The translations under genes were made by a program, and so were the position numbers. A stretch of 63,370 bases of DNA, filler included, from Polymyxa betae A26-41 (taxonomy: Eukaryota; Protista; Endomyxa: Phytomyxea), in the NCBI GenBank assembly GCA_003693705.1. It is 6 parts of 6 records of this genome, joined end to end, with 100 filler letters (N's around TTAATTAATTAA, not from the genome) between each part and the next. Parts side by side here need not be neighbours in the genome. Positions count along the whole stretch, not along the records: positions 32,614 to 60,551 come from RBZT01000197.1; 5 more parts are not named here. One strand, 5' to 3'. The stretch's first letter is position 1. Each line of letters opens with the position of its first letter. This document shows, piece by piece, positions 36,773-50,609 of the stretch. The notes under the pieces were generated by a model. That model saw only the letters and a program-made list of their open reading frames with translations. It had not been told where the DNA came from and ran no database searches.

Positions 36773-38779
36773 TTACATAACGGGAGTATATTCCGAGCGT
36801 TCCGGGGACAGGCTCAGGTCGAGCTGGCCCAGATTCGGAATCATGGTGATCGAGGTGGCGTAGTTATCGAACAGCTGTGTCATTTGCTGATATGGTACAG
36901 AGATACCCTTTGATAGGACCTCATCACGTAGGCGATCTCCAACCTTTCTACAGAGACCTCCATTATTCTTCGCCCATTCTTGAGCCGATCTTGCTATACC
37001 CCAGGAATACGAATATCCATACGACAATGCTCCGTCCCAGGCTGTGAGGATTTGCGGACCCAGATCGTTCTTCTCCAGAGACACCGAAGAAACCCATCCG
37101 AGACCGTACTGGCTCCGCAGCGCGTTAGCAAACGATTCGAAATTGATAGGGTCGCTAGTGAGACGATTCCAATGATATCCAGCAATACCATTGAGAAGAT
37201 CGTCGAACTTTTTGATCGCATCAAAGACGACGAACTCCTTCTGAATCTGGGCGACTTGTTGTTCAGTTAATGTAGGATCCATATGCTGCAGAACTTGGAT
37301 ATCAGTCACCCACATCTCATGAAATTGCGATGGAAACTCCACCCAATCCGTAGGGCTATGGATCGCTGTTAACATCGAATATTTCGGGTTCGAGAACGAG
37401 AAATGTAACGCATGACCGAATTCATGGAACAGGATGAACAGCTAAACACAGAGTTAGTAAGTTCGTTACAAATACAGCTGGAATTACATGAATCAGATCC
37501 ATATGAGAGGAATCCGTTGGAATCAAAATGTTGATGATGGTGGCGGCTCGATCAAGATGAAGATTGGTGGATCTCTCCATCAACGGCATGTTGGCGCTAA
37601 CAGGAAATTTGGTCGGGCGACCTTTAAGATCGAGGAATAGAAGGCCGATCGGAGTGCCATTGGCCTCCAGCATCTCGAATACACGAACATGACGATGGAC
37701 CTTGGGGATGTTGCTGCGTTCGTTGAATTGTAGTCCATAGAGCTGCTCGGCAATGAAAAAGAGTCCTTTCCAGATGACGTCTTCAATTGCGAAGCGTTTC
37801 TGGTTCAAGGAGGATAGTCGAGCTCGGACTCCATCAGCATATCCTTTCCAGGTGAAGGAGCTCCCGTCCAGCTGCGTTTGGAAATGCATCAAATCCTACA
37901 GCCATGTTGTCAGATTTCATGATGAAAGTTGAAGGTTTGAAGAATAGAAAATGTGAAAAAAAAGGGAAAAAGTGAACGGTTTAGGCGGCCTTACAATCTG
38001 ATTGAATAGATCAGCATATCGATTCAATGTAGATTCAACTTGTTGAACAGATCCGGCAACTGACTGTGCGATCTGTGAGCTTGCAACATCATCATGAAGT
38101 TGGGAGAGCTGGACCTTCTCTGTTTGTGCCGAGATCAGACGCCGAAACGACGACAGATCAAGAATCTTTGATGGGCAGGTAGACATCTTCCGTTGAAGTT
38201 CCATCACCTCCTTCGACAACGCATTAAATCGTTCCTGACTGATCGGATTGAGATCGGCGCCACAATCTCGGAAATGAGCATCAGCTGCTAAGGCGAATCG
38301 GTGATCTTCATCCTGCTCTGTCATCGCATCCACAACTGATCGAATGCGCTGATATAAACTCTTGTTCTGGAACAAAGCTGGGTCATTTAGTTTTACCATA
38401 AGCAGCCCTCGATTCATATCCATCATGTTGCCAATAACATGAACTTGACAGGAGAATATTGCAGAATAATATTTATGGAAGATGGCATCCAGTGGTAGAA
38501 TAGTATTATCAAATGTAGCAGGATCCGGATTAGATCCGATACGAGCAAGATCATCTTTCAATTCCTGAATCAGACGTTCACCATATCGTGGCACCATACT
38601 CGACTGGTAACATGATCTCAGTATCGCGGACGGACCAACTTGATTAGGTTACATACCGACATAGTATACAGCTCGGGGAGGTCGTAATCGCATGGGTTGC
38701 GCAGCAGCACGACCAGCAGGACGATGGCGGCCAGCACGGCCAGGACGGCCGCCAGCACGACGGCCCGCTTTCGACTCAT
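36773..38779 (-). CDS. Peptidase M3A (Dcp/oligopeptidase-like) with an N-terminal signal anchor, 4 exons
   Basis: Exon 1 MSRKRAVVLAAVLAVLAAIVLLVVLL; three phase-0 GT-AG introns keep the frame. Motifs NPDPATFDNTILPLD, QLYGLQFNER..IPKVHRHVRVFE, LFHEFGHALH (HExxH), DWVEFPSQFHE and GYSYSW. Confidence 0.85.
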
Positions 38780-39169
38780 GACACAAGCCATGTGGTTTAG
38801 CAGAGTGGATAGAGATGATGATGGTGGAATGGGAAGGACTCGGGGACCTGGGAGGCGGTGGGGAAGACGGTGGTTGGGGACTTGGGGTCCCCTTAAAAGT
38901 GCGCAATTGGTCCGTGACGGACTCTGGTGCTTGGCTCTGTATGAAATTTTGAACTCTCATAACTAAAATTTTATTGGCCTCAATTCAGACTGGCTTAATC
39001 ACTTTATTCAGTTTATTGTAGAGTGATTGGTATACAGTTTATTCCATTTCGAATTTTCCTGTGCAGGTAGAGATTCGCTTTTGATCGAAAATTGGTTTAA
39101 TCTAAAACTGGTCTGGTAACATCAAAAAATGGTCGAAAATTGTCCGAGACGCAGTTTTTCCATCATATT

Positions 39170-39250
39170 TAGAGGTGTCAACGAGTTGACCCGACCCGGG
39201 TCGAACCCGATACGACTCGGGTCGACCCGACTCACCCGGGTATTATACAA
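39170..39250 (+). mobile_element. hAT-like terminus with ACCCG subterminal repeats
   Basis: TAGAGGTGTCAAC followed by clustered GACCCG/CGGGTC motifs. The partner end was not found. Confidence 0.55.
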
Positions 39251-40404
39251 CTAGGTATGATTTCTGAGAATACGCGATCCGCCGATTTTATTGAATGATA
39301 GGAAGATTGTTGTTCGGCTATAGCTTGAATAGCATCATCTCCCGATCGAGCCCGGCGCACACAAATGGTTGTATCTGAGGCCCCGAAAGGACTTTCGAAA
39401 AAATTTCTATGTATCTCTTTCGCTCCTCTATAATACTGTGTCTATATATATCGTTCCCTTTTGCGCCCTTCATGCGACACATCTGTTGTATTATCCGATC
39501 AGTGAAGGGGCACCGATAGCTTCCTGCTCTGTGATTATCTATTGGTACAGCGCTCTTAGCAACGCAAACCCCTGAAGTCTCAGGAATTTCACAACTGCTT
39601 CTATAAAAGAATTCTTTTCTTGGGATTTTTGTGAATAGTGAATACAGTGTCTTCATATTCCTTGGCAAACTCATCTTTGGTAAATTTTTAAGGATTACGA
39701 GATAACATAAAAATATGAGAGTTTGCGTATGCTGTTTGAAGGCTTCATGCAACTCTAGAAAGAAGAATACGATCCAGAAAAAAGCAGATTGTCGTGTTAA
39801 GACACTAGAGTTTATTATTCCCGCAACTGCTGTTATTGTCTAGAGAGGCCTCCGCATCATAAACTGACAATTGTGTGTCCTCATGTATTTGAAAGGTGTG
39901 GAGATTTTTGCGATATCTGGGTCACTTAGATTAAAAAATAATCTGTCTTCTAGCGTTAGAGTAGACTGGTCATCAGGGAAGGAAATCATGCCCGGCTGAA
40001 AGTTTCGGTCAGTTTGGGGAAGAAAGGGAAATCTTTCTAACTGGGAATTGGCTTGCGGCCGGTTGATCCATTACTGCACTTGATTCCACATCGACAAAAA
40101 ACGCACGGGACTTTCAGACACAGATAAGTTCGTACCTAGAGGAGAAAAAGAGAAAATAGAAGGACTACAGCGGACGGAAAGGAGGTTGCGCCTCCGTCGA
40201 CTGTGGCGTAGCCTGCTTCAGTCGACAGAAAAAAAGTTTACCGTCCAGTATCAATACCGAAGAGCGATTCGGTGTATCCTTGTCTTTGTAAACTTAAAGT
40301 TTTCTGAGCTATTTGAAGTATGCATAACACACAGTCTACCAAACTCTGTCGTCTCTATTTAATAAATGAATAATAAAGATTTATTAAATATGGAGCAGCG
40401 TTAT

Positions 40405-41727
40405 TCATACATTAAACAGTGTATCGATCTTAGAACCTGGCTCAGCATAAGACCGAGCAGTCCGATCGTCGTAATCGACAACGTCGGTCTTAATCAAGTC
40501 CGGGAACTTAAGCAGGACGCGAACAGCTCCCATATTCCCAGCCGTACAGCACGGTGTAGAATCGTGACGCCAGAGAATGCCTCGATATCGGCAACCCAGC
40601 CGTCCGGGAGCGGCGCTTCCAGCAACACGCGTAGCATGTCGTGCTGGTCCGCGGCGAAGATCAGAGAGCAAACGATTTGATCGAGATAGCAGCACCTATC
40701 TATGAAATCGCTAAAAGGCGGACAGAAGAACGCCTCCGACCGCAATATGACGGAGATGAGATCAGAGAGCCCCGAGTCGATCAGATCGTCCATCTGATTC
40801 GCTAACGCTGGGAAGACGAAACGGGCGAACGGTAGCAGGGCGCGCAGATCGGAAACCGTGAACTCCTTGAAATGTATCCCGTCCATATGGATCGGCATCC
40901 CGAGTAAAAGCAGTTTGCGGGCCAGCACGGGCAGCGATCGGATATGGTGCAAATTTTTCATTGGAAATTTTGTCGGCGAGATTAAAAACCGACAGCGCCT
41001 TGATATTTGCGTCCTGATCTGGTAGCTGTCCCCAGTTCGAGGTCGAAATCAGGTTCTCATAGGGCCGGATTGTATCAAGAATATCGGCAGGAATATCGCT
41101 GATGTAGCGGGTGAAAGACGTGGTCAGCGACTTGCTCAGCACATAGTGACACGTCAGCTTGATGGGATCGTTCGCATTGTCCGCGTCCAGCCAGAAGGTG
41201 ACGTTGACGACGAGGACCCAGCCGGGCGTCAGTTCGGCCACGGATTCGATTTGCCCGATCACATCGAATAGGTTCATGATCACTTCAGGCTCAGCCATAG
41301 CAATAGACATCAGCCTATACATGAACAGAGGCGCCGTCTCTTCTGTTAAGAGATCTTTAAGGATGGCGGCATTACACTGATCTCTGCATATATTGATCAG
41401 CCATTTGACGTCGCGGATGAAATTGTCTCTGGAGGTCGGTAGCTGGAAAACGATCCGGCTCAGACGCTGATTACGGAGGATGTCCCGGACTAATTTATAA
41501 TGGGTCTTGTCGACCTCAAGGAGCCTTCCGAGTAAGACCGGGTCAGGTAACGCATGTTGGACGACAGCCTCCAAAATCTCGTTAGGAGGGGAGTCCTTTA
41601 GGATCTCGTTAGGAGAGGAGTGGACAAGGTTCGGGTCCGGGCTGCACTCCGACCGGGGTCGGTCCAGCTCGAGGTCCATGGCTGATACTGCCACCAGAAT
41701 CAGTGATGTAATGATGACCGCTCTCAT
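40405..41727 (-). pseudogene. Secreted F-box-like + ankyrin protein, copy 2
   Basis: MRAVIITSLILVAVSAM; duplicated PNEIL start; colinear with copy 1 (LLTEETAPLFMYRL...IESVAELTPGWV). Single-base frameshifts near 40960 and 40545. Confidence 0.8.
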
Positions 41728-44700
41728 GATCTCAGGACAATATGATAAAAAGGAGAATGAAACTCTTGATATAGAAATCCGAATCAGCTCTGTGCAATTC
41801 GTTACTCGAGATCCTGTGAAATCGAAAATGCCTGACCTGATTCACGGACTTCGTGAGATCGGAATGGGCAGATCTGTTCTCTCAAATTACATTGATCTTC
41901 CTTGATTGATCAAATTTCCTTCCGTCCGGCTGTTCCATGATTTTTTCAATCCTGGACGCTTTTCAAATAGAGATTGTTAACTAACGAGGCTTCTGAAGGC
42001 GCTAACATCCCAATCAATTCAAATCCGCCTGTATGTTGTGGACCGAGTTGCCCAACACGAATATGCGAGATTTCGGACTCGTCGACGCCCAAATATCGCT
42101 TATCCATTTTACATTATGACGGATTCGTCATAGATTGAATGGGACTCTCTCTTCCAGTATATTATCGTCTATTGAAGTTAATTTAAGATTGTTGCTGACA
42201 GAGACTGAATCTGTATTTGTATTATTTCGATTAGAATCCCATCTACATTGGTGTATTGTAGGGAGATCCAACATTCCACTTACTGCAAGCTTATTTACTG
42301 TTTTAATGATGAAGGCATTCGATACAATTCCGTGGCCTGATTTGATCAGCGGATTCATCTGCGCTCTTTTATAATCTTTCTCAAGATTCTGATTTATCTT
42401 CGCTCTGTGTTTTCCCAAAACGCGCTTTTTTATTTTCTAGAGAGCCAATTCTTTCGACAGAATATCGGCTAAATGCTTCTAAATCTTCATTGCTGTTAGC
42501 GCTCATAGTAATACGGAATTAGGATCTGGAGCAGAACAGAATTGAAACTGAACAAAGGTATCAAGAAACGGTCTCTCTCAAATTCGCAGTGAAGGAAGCT
42601 GCTTTATGCCGTGCATGATATTCGAATAAAACGCTTTAATTAGAACAGGCTAAGCGGTTACTTCCCGGTTTGAAAGTTTCAAAGAACGAACGATCTTTGT
42701 GTTGTTTGTATGTGAATATAGGACGGGGTGCCCAGCATTCAAACGATTTAATAGGATAGTATTCCGGGTTCAGATCTGGATTGGGTTCTGGGGCCAGATC
42801 TGCCTCAAATTCATTGAAACATAATATAGTGAAAATCCTTCGAGTTGTTATCGCGAGAAAAATAATGATAAGCATGCTCAAATGTGCATAATGGATGGAT
42901 CAAAAGACAGCGGCGAAACGCTTTGATAGCCAGCAAATGGTGAGATTTCTGAAATCGATATTTATACCAGTTGGAGATTTGATCATCCAGAAATCGAGTT
43001 TGATGTCGATAGAAAATGGATGATTTCCGTCGACGAAAGGATTCACGAGCATAGCCTGTTCTGAAAATAAAAACAGGAACAAGACAATTGAAAAATAAAC
43101 ATTCATAGATGCGACTGGACGTTGACATGAGACAGCCAAGCTCGACTTGGTTCAATTACTGAGCAATGAGATAATAGTGGATGCTATGCAGAATCGTTTT
43201 TAATGTGTTTGATCCGCTGCATGATTGAGAACCAGAGCCGTCAAGATGAGTGTCATCGGCCATGGGCCAGACTGATTACTCGACAGCTGCTAAAGAGAGA
43301 TTCCTGGAAGATAGAAAACGGAGCCCTTCAGAGAGGCCGCGCTCCCCATGACCCAATCACAGAAGAGGCCGCGATATTGAGATCACGAAACAGCCGAACG
43401 AAAGGCGACTCTCATGATCGCCGTGCGCAGATATTTCAGATCCTCCGTAGGAAAAAATGCGCTGCTGTCTAATATTAATATCTGCGATGGCAACTCTGAA
43501 ACAGTCTTACTAAATATGGTTTATGTTTGGCAGTATTAATTATACTGTGCTCAGAGTCGACAATAGATTATATCAGATTCGTGCGATTACCTGTAGTGTT
43601 TTCCAAAAAGCAGCTCATGCTTTGGAATTTTCGCGCGAATTAATACAGAAGACTGCCGGATATAGTCAGATTTTTGTGGATCTACCACAGATAGAGTGAT
43701 GAGTTCAGAGTTTGCATTCATATTAATTTGTATTATGCGATGAATCAATTACCAACTCCCTTTGGGCATATTTGAAAACAAGTCGTTGCTGGACAATTTG
43801 AAATTGTAAAAAATAATAAACAAAATTTGCACATATCGCAGTTTCGCTTTCGCGTATGTTCAGAAATTGCACTGCAAAAAAGTTGGAAGCAAATTCTCTG
43901 AAAAAATTGGCAGTTATCAAAATGAAAATACTTAAAGCATCATATCCCCACAAACTCCGTCTAAAGTATGAGGAAGAATTCGTTTTGCTCGAATCCAAAC
44001 TCAGTCGCATCCTCAACTCCGGACGCTAATTAGTACAGTTTTGAGTTCAGCAATATCTGAATTTCTTTTCAAAAATTACGCTTATATGAAAGAATAAAAC
44101 CCTATTTCTTTTCTTGTAAAGCTATAATATAAATATCCGTTCGGATTGCATCATTTCCGCGACCTTCCAGCCGAGCCCTGTTATTTCGTACATCCTTGAT
44201 AGTTATGAACTCGTTACGGGAAGCATTCTGGTAACGACCCTGCTACGCATACAACAGTTGTACACGAGAAGGTGTGTACAACAACTGCGCGCGGCCCACT
44301 CCATTGTTCTACGCAGTCTATCTGTGCAACACCCTCGCCTTCATTTGCTGTCGAGGGGAGAATGTTTTCCAGTCTTGCCAGCCTGTTTTCTCGAGAACTC
44401 AATGACGATCCAGACGAGATACCTCATGAATACCAGCACCAATCGATGGATCACACTGATATTTCCATTGCTCCAGTTACTAACTTCCCCAAACGTCGCT
44501 CTTGAAAGCATCGAAAATAGTGGTTTTGTCGATTCATCTCTGGAAGTTAATGCTCCTCACTGCTCATCTCTGCAGAATGTTTCAGGCTTGCAAACAGAAG
44601 TGAGTGCAATTCAGCATGTTTGTGATTAGAGCATAATTGTTGTCGGAGAAACATTCAATTCTCTTGAGACCGCTCAAATAGAATGCACAAAAGTCGCAAA

Positions 44701-44740
44701 ATGCCGTCTTAAGCAATCGAGCGTTCGCAAACATAAATAT

Positions 44741-44886
44741 GTACAACTTGCATGCTTTCGCGGCGTCAATTATATTCAAAAGGACTCAGTGGTACCAGAA
44801 GAATTTCAAAGGAAAACGTCAAGCGTAAAATGTAAACGTACAACTTGCATGCTTTCGCGGCGGTAATTATATTCAAAAGGACTCAG
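44741..44886. repeat. 49-bp direct repeat x2
   Basis: GTACAACTTGCATGCTTTCGCGGCG(TC/GT)AATTATATTCAAAAGGACTCAG at 44741 and 44838. Confidence 0.85.
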
Positions 44887-44931
44887 ATGCGAGAATAATG
44901 ATACGTTAAAAGATACCTTAATCTCTCTGCT

Positions 44932-46298
44932 ATGGTTGATGGTGCTAGTGATGATGACCGGCTTGTCGAGTCTGATGAGGGCTCTGAAGAAGAACTTGAG
45001 GTCACAGCTCGTGTATTGGATATCATTGACCGTCAGCATCGTCAGATGACCAAGGCTTGTTCGATGATGAACGATCTTCTAGACGATGACGACGACAGAA
45101 TGGGAGATAATCTTGATGGTGATTACAGTGTTGACCCCATGCGAGGTGTATATAACTTCTTAGCAAATATGCTATCTGGCCACGAGTCTCGATTTTTCAG
45201 GGTTGTAGTTTTTACAATCGCTGAATGGGAGGTGAATTGCCTGTTAACCCACGATATGTGTTTATTAAAAAACGGGCTTCTAGGAATTGAAATGTATTCT
45301 TCTGCCTGTGATCAGTATGACTGCTCGATCTACAGGGCAACAGATAATAAGACCGGGAAGAAAGCCTAAGCTTTCGGCCGAACAACGATTGCTATCAGCG
45401 ATTCTCTTCGTAAAGAAGGTGGTCGCGGTTTCGTATGCATGCATAAAATAGCTAGCTTACTCTGGTAACAAAGGATCAAGCAGTAAGGGACGAATCTGCA
45501 CGTTGGAATGTTTCGCGGTCATCTCTATGTGATGACTGGTTCTTTATCTGCGAGCTGATCTGCCAGCATTTGGGTCACGAGTTACAATGGCCTAATGAAG
45601 CTAGGAAGGAGGAGCTTAAGCGTCGAGAGCCATTGTTTTATGGCTGCCTGGGATTCATAGATGGAACATTGATCCGGATTCAGCGTCCGAGTGATCTGGA
45701 TAAATCTTTCGAACGCCGGTTTTATACTGGACGTAAGAAAATGCATGCATTTAACAACACGATCATCGTGGATCACGATGATCTAATCATATATCTTGAT
45801 CCTGGATACCCTGGCAGTTATCATGATATATCTATTCTATGACAATCACATCTATTTCATAATTGGCGGAGCTATTTTCATCAAGATGAAGACTGCTTTG
45901 AATACGTAATGGGCGATCGTAAGCAAAGTTAGTAAACCCGAAAAACTGATCATTGATTCGCTCTTTTAGCTGGATATCTTGGATGCGATATGTTCGTGAT
46001 GAGAAGAGTAGACCAACGCGAAGCGGTCGATGTAGTTGGGGAAGCTTTGCAGGCATATAACAAGGTCCATGCGGGTAAACGTATCAAAGTCGAATGGGGA
46101 ATAGGAGGGATGAAGATGAAGTGGAGGATTCTCAATGGCACATGGACTAATCGCCGACACAAATTCTCCACCACCATGAGGGCTTGTGCAATCCTCACCA
46201 ATTTCTTGCACAGACGCCGAAAGAATATGAACATGGAAGACGCAGGACTAGCAGCTGGTGGCGCATGGGATGATGAACTGTCAGATCAAGGAGAATAG
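44932..46298 (+). mobile_element. PIF/Harbinger transposase (DDE_Tnp_4) pseudogene, intron-containing
   Basis: GFIDGTLIRIQRP, YPGSYHDISIL, MGD|xGY across an intron, and RIKVEWGIGGMKMKWRIL; in-frame stop near 45840. Confidence 0.88.
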
Positions 46299-46339
46299 AA
46301 TAGGAAACAGGCAAATGACTATATTGTTTTTGTTAGCAA

Positions 46340-47013
46340 ACGATTGGCCTGGTCACGAAACTCAGACTCAGTGATCAGCCCGTGTTCTTTCTTGAACACA
46401 AGCAGATCAAGTTCCGCTTAAATTGCCAACTTCGATCGGCGAATTATCTCCTGCTCGTCAATGGTACTGATTGTGGCATTTCGACTTTGTTTGAAAGCGT
46501 GCCGTTCCGACTGCTGTTTAAAAAAAGTTTCTTGCATAGCGTTAGAAGCCGCCACCTCTTCAGCAATCTTTCCGATTGCAGCAGTACAACGAGAGCGGCT
46601 TACTTTCCGAGTCATGTCTAGCTCAGCTGCGCCTTCGTTGGGCGACATCAACTCTTCCGATTTTCGTTTTTTCGTCGGTGTAACATGGACTTCCTGGATA
46701 TGGTCTCGAATCGCTTTTCTGCCATTCTATGAGACGCATACACATCCGAAGATTTAAGCAATGGAATTAGGTCAGATGTTTGAAGCTCTGGCTTAGCATC
46801 ATTCTCGCCATCAGCTGTCCCAGTATTGAGGTTTTTGAGGAAGCTTGTGAGATTTGTTCGAAGCTGACGGCGCCGATCTGATGTATCGCGGCCATCGAAG
46901 CATAGATCAGCTATGTCTTTCTCAACCTTTTCCCAGACCTTATTAGGAAGCTTTTGATCTGGACGTCGCTTTTTGTCTGTATAGATATTCAGCAGTAATA
47001 AACTGCCAAGCAA
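46340..47013 (-). mobile_element. Convergent second ORF of the Harbinger element (Myb/SANT-like partner), degraded
   Basis: Tail-to-tail with the transposase, as typical for PIF/Harbinger; NKVWEKVEKD...RQLRTNL. AAAGATACC (about 44908) and GGTATCTTT (about 47378, 47470) motifs bracket the pair. Confidence 0.55.
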
Positions 47014-47569
47014 TCGTCAATTATTACCCTTGCAGAAAGCCTCAAAATGGGTTTGGTAGGACTTCGCCATAGCATTCATCAAAGCCAACGTTATGCGCTC
47101 AGCGTTATGCGCTCGGCACGAACAGGATCTTTCCCTGTTTTTTACCACGAAAGGGTTACATCCGATTTCGACCGTTTTTCATCATTGCTGATGACCGAGG
47201 AACCGATATTGTTAGCCGTCAAAGACGTATCACCATCACTCAATTTGATAGGAACGATATCGTTTATTGGCATTGTAGTACTGCTGTTAGGGGAGCTCAC
47301 AACGAGCAGAGGGGAGGAAACGACAACAGATGATCAGAAGTCCATAATGATAAGGTATGATTTAAGAAAAGAGACGAAGGTATCTTTTTTTGGCAGTTTA
47401 TCTTTTGCAAATCATACTCTATTGAATTTGGTAACATCTAAAAATAGATCCGCAGAAAATAAGTCCGAAGGTATCTTTCTCTACAATAGCGTATCTTTCT
47501 GTTTATTTACGGACAGCTCTAGTATATTCCAAAGCAAACGCTCATAGCCACGAGCTTTTTGAAAAGGAG

Positions 47570-49634
47570 GAGATTGGAATCGTTTTATTCCATCTGACGT
47601 CCAAGAAAAAATGGTCGCGCTCTGTCGTGGCTAGCACGACTTGGATCGCTTCTACACGGTAGGAGCGAACTTCTATATCAAACGAAGAATGATTGTATTA
47701 TTGTTATGTTATTACCTTAGGCGACATTCTGCGTGTGTGTTGTGGTAAAACAGCACTGGTGTCATGCCGTCATGCATGAAATGTGTTATGTGACAAGTGC
47801 GAGCACTGACGCACTGTGTCGGTTCGGCGATATTCCCACATCACTCTCAACAAACATGGGATTTGAAAATGTTCTCAGATAATGACTTTGATTGAGAAGG
47901 ACTTCTTTCCAGAAAGGCCACATGGACTCGTTGAGACGTTCAGAACTTACTCCAAAAAACTCTGGACCGGCAAGCTGAAGCTCATAATTTTCTTAAGCTA
48001 TTGAATTGCAAAGCTTCGGAAGCAACCGCCGAACTTCAATCGATGGATTGGGCCATTCGAGATCTTCCAGCTAACTCGTCGGCTCATCGATTTGTTGGTA
48101 ATCAAGCGGTGATAGGAATGCTTCAAAGCGGTCACACATCGTTTCGTCAAAACTGAGTTTTATTACGTCTGTTGTTTAGGCACATGGAGCGCCTCAACAA
48201 TCATGTTATCTTCAGTACATCACGTCTGAGCAGAACGCGATTGCTGATCTTCTTTCACGATTGTCATCGAAAGGAAAGAAGGCCCTTTCTCATTCAACAA
48301 TTTCGCAAAATTTGTTCCGTTCTTTTTCTGATTAAACCCGGGAAATTTACTGTGACCCCACTCCCGGGCACTATGTTTCATCTGGAGCCCATGGACATGT
48401 CATTCCAAAACCAGGTTCCGCTCTGATTTCTGTTACCGATGGCGATCTGCAATTCCACTTCAAGATCAATTTTGGACAGCCTCCAGCCGGCATTATTCTA
48501 GTTATCGGGCCCGACCTCCAGAAGGCGGTCGGAATCTCCCTGGCGAGCCTCATGGTATCGCGAAGCCCAGATGATAGGAGATCTACCTCCGGATACGCTG
48601 CTGTTATCAACCATAATGTTATCAGTTTCAAATCCAAACCTCAGACCTGTATTGTCTTATCCTCATGCGACGCTGAGACCGTCGCTTCATGTTCGGTTGT
48701 TTAAGAAATTCTTGATTGCGAAAATGTTCTTTCAGAATTAGGGTTTGCTCAAAATGAACCTTCGGTGACTTTCTGTGATAACACTGGAGCGATTGCGTTT
48801 TCGATGATGAGGAAACCACTCTAAGATGAAACATATCTCTCTACGAAAGAAGTTTGTAAAGGCTGCTGTCCAAGATGGAATTTTTCTTCCTCGATATGTA
48901 TCGACTTCTAATGATCCAGCAGACATCTTTACAAAGGCGCTCGGGACAACACTATTTAAGAACATCGAGCAGCTTATGAACGTTGCTCCACGTCCAGTTT
49001 GTGTTGATGGGGCGAATCAGCATACTATCATCAACACCAACTTCAGCACCAACTTCCCTTGTGTTGGCAACCAGGCTGGCCGTTTTTTTGCCGGCATTGC
49101 GAAGAAAATAAACTAACCCATCACACAGGGCTCTGAGATAGAAGTCGTAACGTAACAACTTCGCTGGATATTCTCAAAGTTCTCTGAAATTCAGAGATAC
49201 CGGAAATTCACCCATCCGTTATGAAGGCGTTGCCTGATCCAACGGCCTCTGAGGGCAGTTAGCTGTTGACCAGTTATTTGAGCGGTCACTGGACCAATCC
49301 TTAGTCCGTACGGGGGGTTGCACCACCGTACCCTTCCACTGAAGGAGTCACAGAACGTGACAATTCCTAACGTTAGTACCGTGAGCCAAAGTTCGAATGG
49401 TGTCGATCACAGATGGGGCTCACAGACTTGCGCGGAGACATCAGTTTGGGGGGGGGGGGATGTTAAAGTGCAACCTGATTCTCCTATCATGATTCCCCTG
49501 CGCAACCTCTTTCTTCTGCGCAACCCGATACTCTTGGGTAACCGATCACTGGGGTCAGCCCAGCGACATCCAGTCACTGTGCCTCCGGTTTCCTAATTTA
49601 TTCTCTACTAAACTTCACTTCCTTACTCGTCTCA
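47570..49634 (+). mobile_element. Degraded Ty1/Copia element with polypurine tract and probable 3' LTR
   Basis: RNase H end KHISLRKKFVKAAVQDG...YVSTSNDPADIFTKAL (48826-48950). A G-tract at 49448-49460 precedes TGTTAAAG (49461). Confidence 0.65.
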
Positions 49635-50609
49635 GGTCTGCTGTGCAATGCTTACAAATTCTTCGTGTCCTAACCACTGAGATGTGAGAAATATTGTGAA
49701 ATTCACAGCATAGCACAAAGGCGCCACGATCTATGACGACTCGTTTTCGCTTGAAGCATCAAAAGCTGTCAGGAAAACATCCTTCATGACAGGATTCGTC
49801 AAGATTCGCCAAACGAATTGTCTGCGCCTGATTGTGAATCGTCGTGATGGGGGCAAGCGGAAGGATCTGCTATTGATCTGCATATTTTTGTTTCAAAAAG
49901 GACAGAGCAGACGACGGCTTCTACAGAACTTCGGACGGCCGCCGAAACCGATGCGAGCAAGTTAACCTGTCTGTGATCTATACTGTAGTGTGGTAGTTGA
50001 ATAATAGACCACACGGTGGTCAGTTAATATAGAGAATAATTATCGAGCAACTCGCAATTATATTCTTGGGATCTCTAAAAATTTATCTCAATATTCTATC
50101 TGAAACACCCTCTTGGTTGAAATGAAGAACAGTCGTACAGTATATTTATTTCGCTGTGACAGAAATTTTCGGTGATAGCGTTCAACGGGCATTGTTCAGC
50201 CCGCGATAGGATCAATAGAGATGACGCCTTTCCACCATCCGCCAATTGGCTGGCGGATGCGCCGCTCATCTATCCACTGGCGGATAGAAAACTGCTCTCA
50301 GTGCCTGTCGAAGGGCGTCATCGAGGTTGATTACAGAAAGGCGGAAAATGCCCGTTAAATGCCTGCAAGCATATTGTCTCGGTTCCTCGATGTCAGAACG
50401 GAATATCGAGCGAGCCCAGAGCGGAACTGGCTTTCTAATAGTCTGATCAATAGAGACTTTTACCATCCTACTGTCATACATCCAACTTTGCGCGCGTCAA
50501 GAAAAATTTCCCGATTTTTTATGGAATCCTTTGATTTCTCATTAGTTTACGGACAAGCAAATAAAAGAAGGTAAGGTATGATGTATTTTAGATGCGAAGA
50601 AATATAGGT

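Noticed and set aside
42128-44630. Scattered ORF fragments suggesting a decayed gene or TE
   Set aside because: No recognisable motif; a call cannot be supported without a search.
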